Source: an uncultured delta proteobacterium (lineage in GTDB: Bacteria; Myxococcota_A; Polyangia; Fen-1088). From it: a DNA stretch of 64,000 nucleotides. Where the stretch lies: positions 896,001 through 960,000 of the forward strand of contig CAVTRY010000011.1 of assembly GCA_963737265.1 (NCBI GenBank), read 5' to 3'. Shown here piece after piece: positions 30,421 through 39,432 of the stretch. Position numbers and translations under genes: made by a program. The notes beneath the pieces were generated by a model. The model searched no databases, was not told where the DNA came from, and worked only from the letters and a program-made list of their open reading frames with translations. Position 1 is the first letter of the stretch, and each line of letters begins with the position of its first letter.

Positions 30421-30794
30421 CGCAACCTTTCGAAAAGCAACAGCTGGCGGAGATCTCGGTAATCACCCATACCCCGAAGCTGGTCCGCCTGGCGCGGTGG
30501 CCGGCGGGCCTCGACCACGTCGACCGTGTAAAGGGGCGTCCGCTCGTGCTCGGCGTCGAGTGTGGCACACAGACTCGACCCGTATGGACTGCCCCCTGAT
30601 CCCGCAAAAACTACACCGTGGACCTTCTGCTTCTGCCACAGCGCCAGCGCTTCTAATAGCGTTGGCAATGCACGTGCGTGCCAGGGCGTTCGCTCCAGCC
30701 GGGCCTTCAGTATCGTCTCGCCCGCATCCCCGGTCACCAGGACTCGTGTCGATCCCCGCCCCGGGTGGATTGCCACCAGGATTCGCTCTTCCAT
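30417..30794 (-). CDS. Hypothetical protein of the IS21/ParB element
   Basis: AAGGAGG RBS; 4-nt overlap with the parB-like start. Confidence 0.6.
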   Translation of the reverse strand: MEERILVAIHPGRGSTRVLVTGDAGETILKARLERTPWHARALPTLLEALALWQKQKVHGVVFAGSGGSPYGSSLCATLDAEHERTPLYTVDVVEARRPPRQADQLRGMGDYRDLRQLLLFERLR

Positions 30795-31170
30795 CGCATT
30801 CCTCCTTGCCGCCTGAATCCAGCGACAAGGGGATCTGTACCGGCAACGCAAATTCTTGGTGAGACCTATGAGTCACTTTCTGTCGGCACACGCGCTGCCG
30901 CCTGGCATGTGCACGCCGGCCCCCACGGGTCGATTGCCGAAGGCGGCTGGCCTTACGCCACGATGCGAGCAGGGCCAGTCGGCTGCAGGTGGCCGTGCAG
31001 TAGCGATTGCCGTGGTCGCAGCGAGAGCAGACGAAAAACACCTGCCCACAGCCGGGCAGGCTACATATCGCTATCCGAATCGAGTCCAATCGCGCGTCCC
31101 GTCCTGCGGCGCCCAAAAACTGGACATCTGCCTCGGAACCTGCGACGACTCGGTCGTCGACGCGTCCCAA
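30463..31170 (-). CDS. Cys-rich zinc-finger-like protein of the IS21/ParB element (boundaries uncertain)
   Basis: CSLPGC..CSRC..RYC..C cluster and an Arg-rich helix. Confidence 0.5.
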   Translation of the reverse strand: MGRVDDRVVAGSEADVQFLGAAGRDARLDSIRIAICSLPGCGQVFFVCSRCDHGNRYCTATCSRLALLASWRKASRLRQSTRGGRRAHARRQRVCRQKVTHRSHQEFALPVQIPLSLDSGGKEECDGRANPGGNPPGAGIDTSPGDRGCGRDDTEGPAGANALARTCIANAIRSAGAVAEAEGPRCSFCGIRGQSIRVESVCHTRRRARADAPLHGRRGRGPPATAPGGPASGYG

Positions 31171-31728
31171 CGTACCGACACGAGGGGCCCGGGTGTTGTG
31201 ACCCGTGCCCCTCCTCCTTCGGGAGCCGCAGCCCCCTGCTTACGCCACCTCCACCGCTGCCGCGAATTTCCTGACCAGGCCGGCGCCGTGGTCCCGTCAG
31301 CCAGCCGTCCCCGTAGGCTTCACACCGCGGAAGTCACGCCACCATGCACGCTGCTCGCCCAGCCAACGCCCCATCTCCGATTTTCGGGCCACCGCCGCTA
31401 CGGAATTTCGGAGCCACCGTCACTGAAGACTTCAGCGGGCTTTGGCGAGACGTTGCCCGGGGCCTGGCCTGATTTGCCATTCTGACCGCGGCTCCGAGTT
31501 CGCAGCCACAAGCTTCCGCGATCTCCTCAAGCAAGCGCAGGCGCTGCAGAGCATGAGCCGCAAGGGCAATTGCTGGGACAACGCCGTGGCCGAGAGCTTC
31601 TTCTCTACACTCGAATTCGAGGGACCCAATACGTCAACCTGGCGCTACGTCTGCGATGGCGAGCCCGAGATGTTCACTTTCATCGAGAGCTACTACAACC
31701 AAACCAGGCTACATTCATACAACCGTTA

Positions 31729-33018
31729 GGTGCCGTCAAGAAATAAACTTTACATGAGCGTCTGCCGCAGTACCATTTGAGCCGATTGGACCCGACACAA
31801 AGTCTCAAAGGGAAGTTCCGTCTGGTGTGGCCACACTTGAGTGAGCGTGCTCGGCGTATGCTTGCGGCGGCGGAGGCCACCAATATTGGCTATGGCGGCG
31901 TGAGTCTCGTGAGTCGCGCATGCGGCCTGTCACGGGTGACCATTACGAAGGGCGTGAAGGAACTGCGACAGAAACCTCTGCATGGAGAGCGAGTTCGACG
32001 GAAGGGAGCCGGACGCCCGAAACTGGTGACATACGATCCCGAGCTGCCGCGGCTGCTTGAGTCGCTGGTGGAGCCGCTTACCCTCGGCGATCCGGAATCG
32101 CCGCTTCGGTGGACATGCAAGAGCACTCGGGCCCTCGCTCTGGAGTTGACTGCGCGCCGCCACCCAATAAGCCACGAGAAGGTTGCCCAACTTCTACGAG
32201 ACATGGACTATAGCTTGCAGGGGAACAGGAAGACCGAAGAGGGGGAGGATCATCCGGATCGCGATGCCCAGTTTCGGCACATCAATCGAGAGGTGCGACG
32301 TACGATGGCGGAGATGTGCCCTGTGATTTCGGTGGACACCAAGAAGAAAGAACTCGTCGGAAACTATCGAAACGCCGGACAGCAGTGGCGACTCAACGGG
32401 ACTGCCGACGTGGTGAACGGCCACGACTTCCCGGATCCGTCAGTGCCCCGCGCGTACCCATATGGCATCTACGACATGGCACGCAACACGGGATTCGTGA
32501 ATGTCGGAACCGACCACGACACGGCGGCGTTCGCGGTAGCGTCGATACGCGGATGGTGGCAGCACGAAGGAAGGCACTTGTATCCTCAGTCCACCCAGCT
32601 GCTGGTCACGGCTGACTCTGGCGGCAGCAACGGCTACAGGCTGCGCTTGTGGAAGGTCGAACTGCAGCGACTTTCCGATCAGACCGGTCTATCGATCAAG
32701 GTGTGCCACTTTCCGCCAGGAACGAGCAAATGGAACAAGGTCGAGCACCGGCTCTTTTCATTCATCTCGTCGAACTGGCGGGGTGAGCCGTTACGTGACT
32801 ACGAGACAATCGTGGGCCTGATTGCAGGAACGACCACAGCAAAGGGACTCGCAGTCCAGTGTCGTCTCGATCGGCGCAAGTACCCAGTCGGCCGACGGAT
32901 CACTGACGAGGAATTGGCGGAACTCAGTATCACCCGGTTGCCGTTCCACGGTGAATGGAACTACACAATCCATCCCAGGCGAGCACGTAAGCTGTAAATG
33001 TTAATTCTTGACGGCGCC
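31729..33018 (+). mobile_element. ISAzo13-family IS (transposase 31777-32997)
   Basis: IRs GGTGCCGTCAAGAA / GGCGCCGTCAAGAA, TSD TTA; SVDTKKKE, ADSGGSNG, PPGTSKWNKVEHRLF. Confidence 0.93.
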
Positions 33019-33236
33019 TTACCGAACCCCGAACGAAGTCGAGGCCGACCTGCGCAATGGTGTGCTGGCCGCTTAAACCAAGTGTCCACGGAATCGGGGC
33101 AAGCTCAACCGGCGGCGGGAACGAATCTTCAGGTCGTGCGATGATCCCCATCTTCGGCGTGGGCGACGACGCCTCCGATGCCGATGTGGATCGACTGGAC
33201 ATCCCCACCCTTCTACTGGCAAGGCAGGGCGAAGCG

Positions 33237-33425
33237 GTGACGCGCAAAACGCCTGACCTGCCCGACACCGCCCGCCTGGAGCAAATCCAGTACCACATCT
33301 ACGTCCGCGGAAAGATCGAGCGCGGCCAGCGTGACGTAGAAGCCGGACGCGTGGTCAACCAAGACGAGGCCAAGCGACGGATGGCCAAGTGGCTCGGCGG
33401 CAGCGTCAACGCGCAGGCGTGGTAG
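33237..33425 (+). pseudogene. Antitoxin-like fragment
   Basis: LPDTARLEQIQYHIYVRGKIERGQRDVEAGRVV..EAKRRMAKW. Confidence 0.6.
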
Positions 33426-33440
33426 GTTTGTCGCAAGCTC

Positions 33441-33692
33441 ATGGTCACGGTCCAAGTGCAGATCCCCGAGGAGACCTTCTCGGCGCTTCGCCGATCTCCC
33501 GACGAGATAGCCGGCGAGCTACGTCTTGCTGCCGCCGTCCACTGGTACTCGCGCGGCCTCATCTCGCAAGAGCGCGCTGCACAGCTGGCTGGGCTTGACC
33601 GAACGGATTTCATCCTGGTTCTCGCCCGCGAGGGTATGGACGTCTTCGCGGTGGACATGAACTCGCTCAGGCGAGAACTGGCTGATGGCTGA
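33441..33692 (+). CDS. UPF0175 family antitoxin (near-identical to 22751-23002); partner PIN gene truncated
   Basis: Near-identical protein; DNA similarity spans about 33411-33710 vs 22721-23020. Confidence 0.85.
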   Translation: MVTVQVQIPEETFSALRRSPDEIAGELRLAAAVHWYSRGLISQERAAQLAGLDRTDFILVLAREGMDVFAVDMNSLRRELADG

Positions 33693-33951
33693 CCAGGCCC
33701 TCGTCAACGCCTCCCTGTATACGATCGCCCGGAAAGACGGCGCGACGATCGTGACGAGCGCGGGCCCGAGATGCTCCAACCGCTTGGAATCCAAAGCGCA
33801 TGTCGAAACCAGCGATCTAGCTCAGCGCGATCGTGTCCGAGCCCTCTGACGTGATCGTTTCCATATTGGACCGTCGATAGGCGCACCACGCGCGTGAAAC
33901 GCGTGGCAAAGAAGCCATCCTCCCGGAATCAGACTGGGTTATCCTCCTGCT

Positions 33952-34473
33952 ATGGGGTTCTTTTCGGGAGCATTTGAACCAAGCCAGGCGGCGGTGGATT
34001 TCGCCAACGCGATCGAACACTTTCGATACAAATCCGGCTCGGCGGAGATTAGGTTTCGCGATGCGCTTCTGCACCATCTTGCCGAAGAACTGGCGATATC
34101 ACCAAAGGGCGAGGGTGGACTCCCTTTTCAAGGCACACGTCTTGACCTTTGCTTTCGCTACCTAGATGAGGACTTCATTGTTTCAATCAAGCAAGGCCTC
34201 AACGAGCAGAAGGTGAAGAACGTCCTCGGAGAAAGTGTCGTAGTCGCATCTACCCTGGCCGACAACCAGCACCAACGCCGAGTAAACCTTGTCATCCTGG
34301 TCATGCAAGACGAACGCTGGGACTCAGCCAGAGTGCATGGGGATGCGAAAGCCCTTCACACCGGGCTTCAGTTTCTTGCAGAGTCGATCAAGGGATTTCC
34401 ACGCCTATCGATCCTTGTCTACCTCGCGATTTGCAATCCCGACGGGGCGGATGTTCTATGCATTAGCGCCTAA
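33952..34473 (+). CDS. Hypothetical protein, possible degenerate PD-(D/E)XK fold
   Basis: E..F..., RLDL, IVSIK pattern; lower GC. Confidence 0.5.
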   Translation: MGFFSGAFEPSQAAVDFANAIEHFRYKSGSAEIRFRDALLHHLAEELAISPKGEGGLPFQGTRLDLCFRYLDEDFIVSIKQGLNEQKVKNVLGESVVVASTLADNQHQRRVNLVILVMQDERWDSARVHGDAKALHTGLQFLAESIKGFPRLSILVYLAICNPDGADVLCISA

Positions 34474-34593
34474 ACCGACAGCACCCTACGAAGCCTACCC
34501 ACTGTCTGAATACGTCAGCCTTGACGTGGGGAACCGACGGGGTGATGATCGGGCGGTCTACCGTCTCGCGTGCGACTCGCAAATGGAGGGACC

Positions 34594-36336
34594 ATGAAAC
34601 TTAGTCTGGCTGCTGTGCTTCTGGGATCGATGGCGATGGCTTCCTGTACCGGCAGTTCGGGCGGAGGCGGAAGAGCGACGCCCGATGCCGGTACGCCATC
34701 CGCAGACGCGGTTACCTCGGCTGATGCCACCGTTCCAGACATCGCGATTCCCGACGCAGTGATGCCCGACTCGGTGATTCCAGATATCGCGCTTCCCGAT
34801 GCTGCTGGATCTGACGCAGCAGTTCCCGACATCGCAATGCCCGATGCTGTGATGCCCGACGTGGTAGTTCCCGACGTCTCGGTTCCCGATGCTGCCGGGC
34901 CTGACGTCATTCGAGATCTAGCGAATCCCGATTTGTCTGTTCCTGGCGATGCATCCATGCCGACGCCGGATGCAGGAAGCGGAGCCATGCCCCGATTTGT
35001 CGACCCTCCAGACGCGGGCGGATCCAAACAACTGCTCACGTGCATCGCGCATCTCTATGGAAAGACCATTGCGGGCGTGCCACTGCATCCCATCGCAGCG
35101 GTGAGCGTGACCAACCCTGGTTCGGCTCCGGCTGACGTGATCGTTACCGCCCAACTCCAAAACTACTCGGACAAGTCGTCGGTAGGGCTTCACGTCCCTG
35201 CGAGCGGAACCGCTTCGACTCCGCCCATCGATCTCAGTCTTCACCTTTCCGACCTCTACACCATAAGCGCTCCGGTAACCGCAAACGTCACGCTAGAACT
35301 CGCCCTCGCGGGAAACGCGGCCCTTCTCGACGCGCACTCGAAAAGCATTGCGATACTTCCCAAGAACACGATCTACTGGTCGATGCCCGACTCCACCGGG
35401 AACCAGGTAGACACCAGATTCTTCATAGGGGCCTTTGTCACGCCTCACGACCAGGCGCTTTCCGTCGACCAGTTGCTCAAAGACGCTGCGTCGTACAGCA
35501 GGTTCAACCAGATGATCGGCTACCAGTACACCTCCATACTCAATCAAAGCAGTGTGTCCTCCTTGTCAGCCGTTGCGCCAGGCCAGTGCTCTACAAAGAG
35601 CCTGGCCTTGCATGCCGGCCCGCTGTCCATCAGCGCTGCCGCCTCGTGTTCCTCGCTGTGTGCATCTTCCAACGCCTACGTCCAGATCTACACGCAGGCC
35701 GCACTGGCCGGCTCCGGGGCACCACTTGGCGAGATAGACGGATTGGGTTCGTGGAGCGGCACATTGAACGTGCCAGCCGACGACACCTATGTCTTCGCCG
35801 GGTGTAACCCGTCGGCCAACTCAACCAACCGCGATTTCACTATCACCTTGGCCCCGACTGCCGCCACAGGGGCATTTGATCAGATGGGAGCGATTTTCTT
35901 AGCTCTCAAGGCGCGTGGCTTGCAGTACGTGACTGTTGCGCAGGACTTTTTCGCAAGTGCCCAGAACGTGAAGTACCCAGTGGAATCACTGGCTACGACG
36001 AGTGCAAACTGCATCGACGGAACGCTCGTGTTCGCCAGCGCCCTTGAATCGATGGGAATGCGACCCGGCATCATCATGTTTTCAGATCATGCGACCATCG
36101 CCGTGCTCGCCGATCCCAGCGCCGATCCTTGTACCATCGCCAACTGGTTTCCCATGGAAACGACGATGGTTTCGAGCAACACGCCGATGGAGGCCGTCAC
36201 CTACGACGTCAAGAACCATATGTCCGATGTGGTCCAAGTCTTCGCGTCAGAATGTTCGGGTGTCACGCCAAATGTCCCGACCATCTTCGACGTGAAGTCT
36301 CTACGGGACCTCGGCATCACGCCAGCCTCGATGTAG
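34594..36336 (+). CDS. Lipoprotein with Pro-Asp repeat stalk and C-terminal transglutaminase/cysteine-protease-like domain
   Basis: GGAGG RBS, lipobox MASC, PD(x3) repeats, ANCIDG..FASALE..DHA..ETT. Confidence 0.75.
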   Translation: MKLSLAAVLLGSMAMASCTGSSGGGGRATPDAGTPSADAVTSADATVPDIAIPDAVMPDSVIPDIALPDAAGSDAAVPDIAMPDAVMPDVVVPDVSVPDAAGPDVIRDLANPDLSVPGDASMPTPDAGSGAMPRFVDPPDAGGSKQLLTCIAHLYGKTIAGVPLHPIAAVSVTNPGSAPADVIVTAQLQNYSDKSSVGLHVPASGTASTPPIDLSLHLSDLYTISAPVTANVTLELALAGNAALLDAHSKSIAILPKNTIYWSMPDSTGNQVDTRFFIGAFVTPHDQALSVDQLLKDAASYSRFNQMIGYQYTSILNQSSVSSLSAVAPGQCSTKSLALHAGPLSISAAASCSSLCASSNAYVQIYTQAALAGSGAPLGEIDGLGSWSGTLNVPADDTYVFAGCNPSANSTNRDFTITLAPTAATGAFDQMGAIFLALKARGLQYVTVAQDFFASAQNVKYPVESLATTSANCIDGTLVFASALESMGMRPGIIMFSDHATIAVLADPSADPCTIANWFPMETTMVSSNTPMEAVTYDVKNHMSDVVQVFASECSGVTPNVPTIFDVKSLRDLGITPASM

Positions 36337-36346
36337 CAGTGGCGCC

Positions 36347-36847
36347 CTATGCCCGTCCCCGCCACAACGAAGCGAGGTCGCCGAAAAACCAGCGATCGAA
36401 CCGCTTGAGCGTTCCCATTTTTCGCGCCTTTGCCGGCGTCTGAAGCGCTTGCGCATGCCTTTCAGATGCTTGCGCTAGCGCTAGCACTCCGGCGGTTTCG
36501 GCGCTTGCAGCCTGCTCGATCGCGCGCTCGCAAGCGCTTTCCGGCGCATCCATCTCAGCGCTTGCGCATGCCGTTGCCGGTTCGTCTAGCAGCGCCGCAT
36601 CCAGCGCGGTCGCGCCTATGCCCACGGCCGGCACCGCGAATCCATCGCCCATACAAGCGCTGTCGCCGGGCACTACCGTCTGAACATCTGTGAGCGCCTC
36701 CAGGCGCGCTCGCGCCGCCGTCATTGCGGCGCCCTTGTCCGCGATCCCTGTCCTCCAGACGCGCCTGCGCCCGTCTGAAAGCCACATCTCCGCATCCCAG
36801 ACCTCGCGCCCGGCCTTGCGATACAGGTACAGACGCGGTTCAGACAC
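36347..36847 (-). CDS. Hypothetical protein with N-terminal integrase-arm-like DNA-binding domain
   Basis: LYRKAGREVW..W..DGRRRVWRTG..DKGAA; GTG start after AAGGA. Confidence 0.5.
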   Translation of the reverse strand: MSEPRLYLYRKAGREVWDAEMWLSDGRRRVWRTGIADKGAAMTAARARLEALTDVQTVVPGDSACMGDGFAVPAVGIGATALDAALLDEPATACASAEMDAPESACERAIEQAASAETAGVLALAQASERHAQALQTPAKARKMGTLKRFDRWFFGDLASLWRGRA

Positions 36848-36932
36848 TGGATTCCTTCCGGGCCTTGCCGATCTCATTGCCGAGAAGGATTCCGATCATC
36901 AACACAACAAGGAGCAGGGACAACGCGCGCAT
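36840..36932 (-). CDS. 30-aa single-TM peptide MRALSLLLVVLMIGILLGNEIGKARKESSV
   Basis: GGAG RBS; stop overlaps the next gene start; below the ORF track cutoff. Confidence 0.5.
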   Translation of the reverse strand: MRALSLLLVVLMIGILLGNEIGKARKESSV

Positions 36933-36977
36933 GACTCCAGTTTTCCAGACCGATTTTCAGACGTCCAGCATGAAGAA

Positions 36978-38415
36978 TGAAGTGGACCCCAAAAATGGGA
37001 CCAGGAGCTAAGGTGTAGTCCGCCTCAACAACGAGGCAGGACACGATGAAAACGAACCGCCAAAAGCACACAGCACTCTTCAAGGCGCAGGTAGCTCTCG
37101 AAGCCATGCGGGAGCAGGCAACGGTTGTGGAGATCGGGCGCCGATATAAGATCAACCCGAACCTGGTTCACAAGTGGAAGAAGGAAGCCGTCACACGGCT
37201 GGCCATGGTTTTCGAACCAGGCCATGCAAATGCAGAGGAATCGGCGAACGCCGAACGCGAATCGGAATTGCTGCGCAAGGTGGGGCAGCTGACGCTGGAG
37301 AATGATTTTTTAGCACGCGGGCTCGCGCGCATTCGCTGACGGAGAAGCGCGCCATGATCGAGCCCCACAACGACCTATCTGTCCGTCGGCAGTGCGAGCT
37401 GCTGAATCTTGCGAGATCGGGCATCTACTGGGAGCCGATGCCGATGGCAGAGGAAGATCTGGCCATCTGCAAGGAGCTGGACAAGCTGCATCTCGAATTG
37501 CCAGCATTCGGCAGCCGGAAGCTGTCACGGTTGCTAAAGGCACAGGGGCAGACGGTGAATCGCAAACGGGTGCAGAGACTGATGCGAATCATGGGCATCG
37601 AAGCGCTGGCGCCCAAACCACGGACGACCGTGCCCGCGCCGGAACATACGAAATTCCCGGTACTTGCTGCGCCATCTCGCGATCATTCGGCCCAATCAGG
37701 TGTGGGCCTCGGATATCACGTACATCCCGACGAGACAGGGGCATTGCTACCTGGTCGCCGTGATGGATTGGTACACGCGCCGGGTTCTGTCCTGGCGCAT
37801 TTCAAACACGATGGACAGCCGTTTTTGCATCGAGGTCGTGGAAGAAGCTCTTGCGAACTTCGGCTTGCCGGAGATCTTCAACACCGACCAGGGGTCGCAG
37901 TTTACCGACGACAACTTCACATCGGTTTTGCTGGACAAGGGCGTAAAGGTCAGCATGGACGGTCGCGGCCGATTCATGGACAACATCTTCGTTCGAGCGT
38001 CTATGGCGGTCTGTCAAATGCGAGGAGGTCTACTTGAACGACTACCGAGACGTGGCCGACGCCCGCAGTGGCATCGCGATCTACCTGGACAAGTACAACC
38101 ACAGGCGGCCTCACCAAACCCTTGGATTTCAGACACCCGTAGCGTTTTACGAATTCGAACTAAAGAAGTCGGCGATGAAAGAGGCCGCCTAAATCGCCGC
38201 TGCATCATGCTGATGGCACGCTGCCCACAACTGCAACGCGTTCACCTGCTTCTGTGGGGCCGTGCGCGCATTGCATCCGTGGACAGCAGCCATCAGCATG
38301 CCTCCGCTCTCAACAATTTCCTTGCCGGCGAGGCTCACCCGGATCTACAAACAAACCCACGCGGACTCTCTCTTAGCTCGGGCCATTTCTGGTCCTACCA
38401 AAGGGGTCCACTTCA
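36978..38415 (+). mobile_element. IS3-family element, copy 2
   Basis: Near-identical to 28519-29955 (inverted); TSD GAA; one extra base near 37659. Confidence 0.93.
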
Positions 38416-38424
38416 GAACGCTTC

Positions 38425-39249
38425 GTGCCGTTCCCTTCCTCCAGGTTCCACGAGGAACGAATCAAACATATACTCGCAGGCATGTACGAGGGCTTTTTGC
38501 TAAATCCAGACGGGCCGCAAGGTGACAAGATCCGATCGGAAATCGGAAACTCTAGCTACGCCTTCCTCCCCAACCCTGAGGAGTTCTTCTTCTGTCCCTG
38601 GCACAACCTAGAAAAGGCGGAGCTCACGGCCGAGACGCTTCCACCAACGGCAAACGTCGTTTGTAGTTTTACCGCTGGCGAGGACTGTTACATCCCTTGT
38701 CCGGAGCGCAGTGGCAGGCTCCCCATCGAGAACCTGCCCTGTGAGGGATACTTCTCACCTTCGCCAGAGGGCATTGGGGTCGATGTGCTCATGAACCAGG
38801 GCTTTCACCTGGAAGCACTCCCCGATGGGCGACAGGTCTTCTTCATCCCCAATCACACCGCGATAAAGCAGCTTGGACCTTTCACCCCTACGGTCTGGAA
38901 GCGACTCGTTGACAACATCAATGATTCACGGGCGAAGGTAATTCGGCATGCGTACCAGGTCACGCTAGGCGTGCTCCAGATCTGGCGAAGGATCGGCCCG
39001 TCGATGGCGCGCGTGCGCGAGTGCAACAAAGATACGGAGGAAGGCCGTGAAGCATTCTTCGCCGTCCTTCAGCAAATTGATCCCAGCGGCAGAAACAGAA
39101 AACTGGAGGAATGGATTTCTTACTGGGCCGAAGATCTCCACAATGAGCCCGCGAAGGAATTCAAGCCGCACCTGGAAGCCCGCAAAGTGCTTGCCCGCGC
39201 AACCGGTCTCGGGGCAGCGAATATCGGAACAATCGTCGGGCGCGGCTAG
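38425..39249 (+). CDS. Hypothetical protein (5' region abuts the IS insertion)
   Basis: 274-aa ORF directly upstream of the replication module. Confidence 0.6.
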   Translation: MPFPSSRFHEERIKHILAGMYEGFLLNPDGPQGDKIRSEIGNSSYAFLPNPEEFFFCPWHNLEKAELTAETLPPTANVVCSFTAGEDCYIPCPERSGRLPIENLPCEGYFSPSPEGIGVDVLMNQGFHLEALPDGRQVFFIPNHTAIKQLGPFTPTVWKRLVDNINDSRAKVIRHAYQVTLGVLQIWRRIGPSMARVRECNKDTEEGREAFFAVLQQIDPSGRNRKLEEWISYWAEDLHNEPAKEFKPHLEARKVLARATGLGAANIGTIVGRG

Positions 39250-39432
39250 CGGCCACTCGCGCTCAAAATCTGTTTGTCACCGTTCCGTTGGTTCTGCATT
39301 TCCAGCGGCGCAAACCTCTGGAATTCCAGCCATCTGGATAGCGTTTGTCAGATCGGCGCCCAAATCCTAATTTGTCAATTCAGGGGTCAAATCCAAAGAG
39401 CGCCGCCGACGGCAATCCTGTATTCGTGAATC

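Larger units (their letters stand above)
25403..31428 (-). mobile_element. IS21-like transposon with ParB-like and two extra ORFs; CTTCA termini, 4-bp TSD ACTT
   Basis: Ends CTTCATCGCCGGTGGTCCCGAAAAT and CTTCAGTGACGGTGGCTCCGAAATT. ACTT at 25399-25402 and 31429-31432; removal restores the IS3 frame REALQRALARR. Confidence 0.85.
25236..33107 (+). mobile_element. IS3-family remnant split by two insertions
   Basis: WVGDTTY..DLFSRKVVGW at 25260-25402; HSDRGS..NCWDNAVAESFF at 31433-31728; tail YRTPNEVEAD* and right IR ending CGGGGCAAGCTCA at 33107. Confidence 0.8.
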
